A stretch of DNA of 40,888 nucleotides. It comes from a virus. Its lineage: Duplodnaviria > Caudoviricetes. The notes under the pieces were generated by a model. The model did no database searches. It was not told where the DNA came from and worked only from the letters and a program-made list of their open reading frames with translations. The stretch is from positions 1 through 40,888 of the IMG/VR virus record IMGVR_UViG_3300033475_001489; one strand, 5' to 3'. Made by a program: the position numbers and the translations under genes. Positions 36,138 to 40,888 of this stretch are shown one piece after another (the first letter of the stretch is position 1; every line of letters starts with the position of its first letter).

Positions 36138-36181
36138 TTTGTTTTCTCCTTTTACTTTATGCATTTCCAATTTCTAAGTAT

Positions 36182-36210
36182 ATTATACACTGTTTTCACG
36201 TATTTGTACA
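36182..36210 (-). promoter_or_regulatory. TGTACA-N17-TATAAT promoter
   Basis: Family match. Confidence 0.85.
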
Positions 36211-36390
36211 TAGTTTTCACGTATTTTAACGAATTTCTATGAATCTACGAAAAATCGTCATTTTTACCCATATTAAAATAAATGCTATAGGAGAGAGAAT
36301 CAATAGAGAAGAAACAGAAAGATTCATGTTATAATTCGCCATAGAATTAACAAACTGATGCAAAAGTGCTAAAATTTACATAAAAAACTA

Positions 36391-36419
36391 TGTACTTTTT
36401 AGCACTTTTATAGTATAAT
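36391..36419 (+). promoter_or_regulatory. TGTACT-N17-TATAAT promoter
   Basis: Family match, followed by ATATTTAGAAGTT. Confidence 0.85.
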
Positions 36420-36465
36420 ATATTTAGAAGTTAAACAAAACAAGTAAACAGCAAAGGAAAAGCAA

Positions 36466-36711
36466 ATGATAATCGAAGAATTGATGCAAAATGTAATCGA
36501 TGAAAATGAAACGAGAGTTGTGTACTTTGAGATAGAAGGAATTCTTTACACGTTTTTAGATGCAGAATTGTTTATTGCAACGGATGCAAATGGAGAATCT
36601 GTAGAGTATGTAAATTTATCTTTAGCATTTGATGGTGAAAATGAAAGTGCTGAATTTAATGTCCTCTTAACACAAGAATCATTTGAGAAAAAGTTTAACG
36701 AAAGAAAATAA
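36466..36711 (+). CDS. Acidic hypothetical protein
   Basis: Downstream of promoter and RBS. Confidence 0.7.
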   Translation: MIIEELMQNVIDENETRVVYFEIEGILYTFLDAELFIATDANGESVEYVNLSLAFDGENESAEFNVLLTQESFEKKFNERK

Positions 36712-36722
36712 AGGAAAAAGCA

Positions 36723-36980
36723 ATGAGATGGCCAAACGAGCAGGATGATCCCGATATGGATCAAGAATATCGAGTTGGAGATATTGTCTATAAAAGAGGA
36801 GACATGAAAACGTCATTAGTGATGGTTCGCATTGGAAATAGTAAGACAGAATTTGATTATCAGGTTCGTACACCAAATGGCGAATTAATCTCTATTGATT
36901 TAGATAGTATCGCAACACCATGTGAGCACGGATTTGACTCTCAATCATGCCAAATTTGTGTAAATAAGCTTAATGATTAG
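36723..36980 (+). CDS. Hypothetical protein (SH3-like beta barrel with Cys/His tail)
   Basis: YRVGDIVY...YQV; CEH......C..C. Confidence 0.65.
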   Translation: MRWPNEQDDPDMDQEYRVGDIVYKRGDMKTSLVMVRIGNSKTEFDYQVRTPNGELISIDLDSIATPCEHGFDSQSCQICVNKLND

Positions 36981-37021
36981 AATGTACAAAGCAGATGTAG
37001 ATCGCAAAGGAGAAAAGTGAA

Positions 37022-37387
37022 ATGAGTGAATCTGTAAACAAAACAAGATTGCTACCATGTAAAACATGTCCATGGAGAAAAAACAGAGATTCATCAACTA
37101 TTCCTGGATATAATCAAGAAAAAGCAGAAAATTTACTTCATACAGTCGGCGAAGGTGATGCTTTTCGTAGTGTAATGGCATGTCATCACTCTACTGATGA
37201 AAATACATTTGCCTGTAACGGGTATCTTGCTAAAGAAGGTTGGCATAATCTCAATGTCAGACTTTTACTCATCTCTGAAAAAATAAACAATCCAACCCAA
37301 GTATTAGAAGCATGCGAAGAAGCAGGCATTGAGCTTGAACCAGATTACTATACAGTTTTAGAAAAATTAAGGAGGAGTGAAAAATAA
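37022..37387 (+). CDS. DUF6283-like Cys-rich protein
   Basis: PC..CPWR...ACH.S.......C.GYL motif. Confidence 0.7.
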   Translation: MSESVNKTRLLPCKTCPWRKNRDSSTIPGYNQEKAENLLHTVGEGDAFRSVMACHHSTDENTFACNGYLAKEGWHNLNVRLLLISEKINNPTQVLEACEEAGIELEPDYYTVLEKLRRSEK

Positions 37388-37436
37388 GGTATAATTATCT
37401 TAGAAGTTGTAAATAACTAAAATACAAAGGAGAAAT

Positions 37437-37778
37437 ATGAACGTAAAAGATTATCAAAAATCAATTCAACGGACATTGGCTATGCCTGACGGGAGTCCGA
37501 TGAGTAAAGACGAAGCGATAAAATTGGCACTCGTTGGAATCTTGGATGAAGCGGGTGAAATTGCCGGCCCTCTGAAGAAACATTTCTGGCACGGACATCC
37601 AATGCCACTGACACAAGAGATGACTGACGAAATCGGAGATCTATTGTGGTATGTATTCACACTTTGCAATGCCCTTGGCATCGATGGTGAACGAGCAATG
37701 GATAAAAACATCGAAAAACTGAAACGGCGTTATCCCGACGGATTTTCCTCTAACAATTCTATAAACAGGAATAAATAA
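37437..37778 (+). CDS. mazG: MazG-like nucleoside triphosphate pyrophosphohydrolase
   Basis: EAGE...KK...HGH...DEIGD.LWY...N..KL..RYPDGF. Confidence 0.9.
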   Translation: MNVKDYQKSIQRTLAMPDGSPMSKDEAIKLALVGILDEAGEIAGPLKKHFWHGHPMPLTQEMTDEIGDLLWYVFTLCNALGIDGERAMDKNIEKLKRRYPDGFSSNNSINRNK

Positions 37779-37779
37779 G

Positions 37780-38079
37780 ATGCTCAGAAAAGAAAAAGAA
37801 ATATCACTTCTAATCATTGCTTTGCAGTCATATCACGATCGTCAAGGGAATTATTTTCCTGTAGATGAGAGTGAAATGCAGAAAGCAATAGATTCAGTGA
37901 TAGAAGCAAAGAAAAAAGTAAATTGCAGTCAAGATGCAATTTTGGCAAGAATTTTCTCTGATAGAGACGGCACTGAAGAGATAGTCCAAAAGTTGATAAA
38001 TCTTGCAACTGCTCTAACAGACTATGATAACGTTATCCACGATCAACTTCTTTATGTTCGCGGTAACCTTTTAAGATAA
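37780..38079 (+). CDS. Hypothetical protein
   Basis: Abuts mazG. Confidence 0.65.
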   Translation: MLRKEKEISLLIIALQSYHDRQGNYFPVDESEMQKAIDSVIEAKKKVNCSQDAILARIFSDRDGTEEIVQKLINLATALTDYDNVIHDQLLYVRGNLLR

Positions 38080-38219
38080 TTCAGCATGACACTTTCATGT
38101 TTTGACCTTGTTTCCCGGGTTCTCGTGTTTGTTTTCGCGTGTTTCAAAACCACTTCCCGATAGCAGTTTCCTGGATTTCCATGTCAAGACGACGGGCCTC
38201 GACTGACGGAATTGGGAAC

Positions 38220-39020
38220 AACTTGCTGGTACCGTGGCGCGTGACAGGTCAGAGGCGGCGGCTGGTACCGTTGTGATGAGGGCATTGTGCTGTGCCTCAC
38301 ACATCGTAGCCTCGCCACCTCAGAGCCGTGGCATGGGCGGTGGTCCACCTTATGCGCATAGCGTGACGCGTCGTGCGGCGTGGTGCTCGTCTCTGCTCCA
38401 TCAAAGATACAGCGTGTACATCATATGTGTCATATACCGCTGCTAGGCCACGGTGTATAGGCCTGCTAATGCTGACGTGCCTGCTGCAGCTACACCACTA
38501 CAGGAGACATCACATTCGCTGTGCCTCTGCTCTTGCTCTGCTGCGTGTCTATCTGCCTCTGCTGCATTGTGCTATGCAGTGTGTGCCACGCCTGCGCACT
38601 ACAATATGCCTGTGTATGCACCACAGGGGGTACACCTGCATAGGTATACATATACGGTATACAGTGTATATAGGGTACACTATACCTGTGTACAGGGCAC
38701 TAGCACCGGTACAGTATCGTACCATGCATACCTGTGCATATGTGCCTCTGCACAACGTACCTCTGTGCCTGTGGCCTCTCTGAGGGCGTGTCTCTGCAGG
38801 ACGACGAGAACGACGGCATTGTCACGTCACGTTGTGCGCGCCTTGCACCTGTGCGTATATGTAACGTGCTGCTGCCCTCTGTGCCATTGGCGTGTACGCT
38901 GTAGCAGACCGTACGCCTGCGCTATATAGGGTAATGTGGTGTAGCTCTATATACATATATACAACTGAGGGATAGTACCCCTGCAGAGGGATAGACTCTG
39001 TAGAGACTCGTCATAGAAGT
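38220..39020. other. Non-coding, purine/pyrimidine-alternating, A/T-tract-depleted island (candidate genome terminus, pac or origin region)
   Basis: One AAA and no TTT seen in ~800 bp; many TGTG/TATA/GTAC/TGCA words; flanking genes converge on it. Confidence 0.6.
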
Positions 39021-39167
39021 AACATTTGACTGGTGTCACAGAGAGGCCTTTCTGGGTCGTCTTTCGGTTCGCAGGCTCACAAGCCGGTTTCATATTTGGG
39101 GTCGCTCGTGCCAACGAGAGTCATGACCGGGGGACGTTGGCACGGCGGCTGCATCTTTGACCGAGGA

Positions 39168-39416
39168 CTAGAAGTCCTCAGCATCCATAGAAGGCTCCTC
39201 GTCCTCAGCTGGGGCCTCAGCCTCTGCACGCATCTTTGCGGCTCGGTCGAGGTAGAAGCGAAGGGCCCACGCCACCAGACGCTCTGGGGTCGTATTGGGC
39301 AGGTCCGCCTGAGCCGCTGCCAACTCGGCCTCCCAGCGTGCCTTGTAGGAGTCTGGCAGATGCAGCTCTCCAACTGTGAGGGTGAATGCGGCTGGGGTGA
39401 TGTTATTGTTTGTCAT
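39168..39416 (-). CDS. Small RHH-like protein with acidic tail
   Basis: LVAWALRFYLD resembles IVSWAVRMFLD of 19824..20519; AAGGAG RBS. Confidence 0.7.
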   Translation of the reverse strand: MTNNNITPAAFTLTVGELHLPDSYKARWEAELAAAQADLPNTTPERLVAWALRFYLDRAAKMRAEAEAPAEDEEPSMDAEDF

Positions 39417-39463
39417 TTTTGTTTCTCCTTTTGCGATTTAACTGTTACTCAACTTCTAAATAT

Positions 39464-39492
39464 ATTATAACATGTTTTCAACTGAATGTACA
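39464..39492 (-). promoter_or_regulatory. TGTACA-N17-TATAAT promoter
   Basis: Family match. Confidence 0.85.
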
Positions 39493-39549
39493 TAGCTGGT
39501 GTACGAGTTTCTACGTTTTCTACAAAGTTCGTAGAAACTCGTTTCCGCT

Positions 39550-39828
39550 TTATGGGCGGAATGGGAAGATGGAGGCGAGTTTGGTATTGATGACGCGGAC
39601 GATATCTTCCTGAGTCTTCTCTGCGATACCCTCGATCGCTGTATTGTGCATTCTTGCGATATTGGCGAAATCTGGATCGGTGAGATCTGCACCTTCGAGG
39701 AGGTTATCTACGGCCTCGAACTCTTCGGCGATTTCAACTGCGTCGTAGTCACCTGTGCGGCGAGCGATGTAGAAGAGATTGCGGAAGGTTTTGAAATTGT
39801 AGGTGTAGGTTTTGTTGTTGTCTTTCAT
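39550..39828 (-). CDS. Hypothetical protein
   Basis: Cassette gene, AAGGAG RBS. Confidence 0.75.
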   Translation of the reverse strand: MKDNNKTYTYNFKTFRNLFYIARRTGDYDAVEIAEEFEAVDNLLEGADLTDPDFANIARMHNTAIEGIAEKTQEDIVRVINTKLASIFPFRP

Positions 39829-39873
39829 TTTCGTTTCTCCTTTTGCGGTTTCGCATTTTCAATTTCTAAATAT

Positions 39874-39902
39874 ATTATACACTGTTTTCGTACGTTTGTA
39901 CA
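39874..39902 (-). promoter_or_regulatory. TGTACA-N17-TATAAT promoter
   Basis: Family match. Confidence 0.85.
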
Positions 39903-39958
39903 TAGCTGGGGTACGAGTTTTTTGTATTTTAGAGAAACTCGTAAAACTCGTTGTTTAT

Positions 39959-40195
39959 TTAATCCTCCCAACCATCGTCTTCGACGTCTTCAGCTGGAGG
40001 CAATTCTACGTCGAAGTTTGCTACGAAGACACCTTTATACGCTGGTCGAAATTTCAACTCTTGAGTCTCCAAATTGCGTACTTCGCAAAAAGTAGGATTG
40101 AAGACGGTGACGGAATGCCAGACTCCCATCCACCATACAAATGTTCCAACTCGCAAATCTGCATTCATCACTCGTTTTACTTTTTCGTTCGACAT
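39959..40195 (-). CDS. Small SH3-like hypothetical protein with acidic tail
   Basis: ADLRVGTFV...W..V; AAGGAG RBS. Confidence 0.7.
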   Translation of the reverse strand: MSNEKVKRVMNADLRVGTFVWWMGVWHSVTVFNPTFCEVRNLETQELKFRPAYKGVFVANFDVELPPAEDVEDDGWED

Positions 40196-40243
40196 TTTCG
40201 TTTCTCCTTTGTGATTTGTATTCGTTACTCAACTTCTGATATA

Positions 40244-40272
40244 ATTATAACATAGAACCGCTAGAATGTACA
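40244..40272 (-). promoter_or_regulatory. TGTACA-N17-TATAAT promoter
   Basis: Family match. Confidence 0.85.
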
Positions 40273-40392
40273 TAGTTTTCGTACGTATTTTAACGAATTT
40301 CTAGATATTCACAAAAACTCGTTGGTTCAGAGTCACGTTAGGAGGGCCCAGAGTCTCGAAAAAGGCCTCCAGAGTCACAAACTCACGTGTCA

Positions 40393-40471
40393 TCACCCAG
40401 GTCACAGAGTCTGGGAGATGTATAAATATATGTCTAGAGTCTACGGAGGTCACCAGGAGTCACCTGGGTGA
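40393..40471. repeat. Tripartite element E7 (79 bp)
   Basis: TCACCCAG; core ATGTATA-AA-TATATGT 40418-40433; CTGGGTGA. Confidence 0.88.
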
Positions 40472-40547
40472 TCGAAAGAGTCTCATGAACGACGCAAAAA
40501 AAAGTCTCAACCAATTTCTTGGAAGAGACCGTTAATGGAGAGGATGC

Positions 40548-40888
40548 TTACTCCTCGACTCCATTGTCGAAGAGATCATCGATGTCAACTACTGTGTCCT
40601 GGGTAGGTGCTGCAGCCTCTGTGATCGGCTCGACTTTGATTCCACTATCCTCGCGATTCGTGTCGCTGAATGTCACCTGAGTGAACAGGTGAGGATTCGC
40701 ATTGAACACGCGATTTGCGGCTGTACGAGTCACATCGTTTACGCGGAAGCGGCGTACACCCGGGTCCTCGGTGTTCATACCGTGAGGAAAGTGTAAGAGT
40801 TGCAGTGAACGCTGCAGGCACTGCTTAACCTCGCGTATCTGGGTAGCGCTAGCGTAGAAGAATGCGACCACAGTCTTCTCGTCTGCTT
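40548..40888 (-). CDS. Hypothetical protein, C-terminal part (frame open to window edge)
   Basis: No stop upstream of GTG 40871; acidic DIDDLF tail. Confidence 0.7.
   Translation of the reverse strand, partial: ADEKTVVAFFYASATQIREVKQCLQRSLQLLHFPHGMNTEDPGVRRFRVNDVTRTAANRVFNANPHLFTQVTFSDTNREDSGIKVEPITEAAAPTQDTVVDIDDLFDNGVEE

Noticed and set aside
10059-36170. Long N-terminal extensions in the ORF track (10059, 10330, 12400, 14139, 19027, 20083, 21398, 23373, 26884, 30502, 31031, 36170)
   Set aside because: They run through promoters, leaders or neighbouring genes; starts were moved to RBS-preceded codons.
38095-39470. ORFs 38095..38304, 38234..38446, 38373..38783, 38453..38929, 38549..38755, 39033..39470, 39077..39373
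   Set aside because: Overlapping in several frames, no RBS or promoter, composition explained by the low-complexity island or by antisense/alternate frames of 39168..39416.
18400-40300. CRISPR array interpretation of the recurring ~45-bp repeats
   Set aside because: Copies are degenerate, separated by whole genes and have -35/-10/RBS architecture; no constant spacer length and no cas genes.
9933-40471. Tripartite elements as MITEs or IS ends
   Set aside because: No target-site duplications or transposase seen; filler sequence diverges while spacing and core are conserved, which fits binding sites better. Not fully excluded.
1-40888. Host assignment (head and HAD proteins reminded me of Chloroflexota/Ktedonobacteria prophage proteins) and prophage status
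   Set aside because: Impression only, not supportable without BLAST or CRISPR-spacer matches; no integrase, att site or host genes in the window.

Overview
AT-rich window from a large tailed-phage (Caudoviricetes-like) genome. The left 9.7 kb (minus strand) is the head and packaging module: terminase large subunit, a DUF1003 membrane protein, an unusually long 1234-aa portal, prohead protease/scaffold, major capsid protein, and a truncated GIY-YIG endonuclease missing from the ORF track. A TerS-like gene lies 3.4 kb further upstream. From 10 to 40.9 kb is an early/accessory region of about 65 small genes built as promoter-gene-terminator cassettes. Unusual features: (1) seven dispersed 77-89 bp tripartite sites (TCACCCAG arm / near-palindromic ATGTATA-AA-TATACAT core / CTGGGTGA arm) with helically phased spacing, resembling a multi-site recombination or nucleoprotein system; (2) 30 copies of a non-canonical TGTAC[A/T]-N17-TATAAT promoter; (3) a tandem array of six divergent paralogs sharing a C-terminal R[FY]ML tag; (4) a tRNA-Gln-like RNA with a 46-nt anticodon-loop insertion; (5) a phage-encoded multiubiquitin-like domain; (6) a 29-bp perfect inverted repeat; (7) a 0.8-kb non-coding island almost free of A/T tracts. 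All calls were made by eye; no database searches were run.
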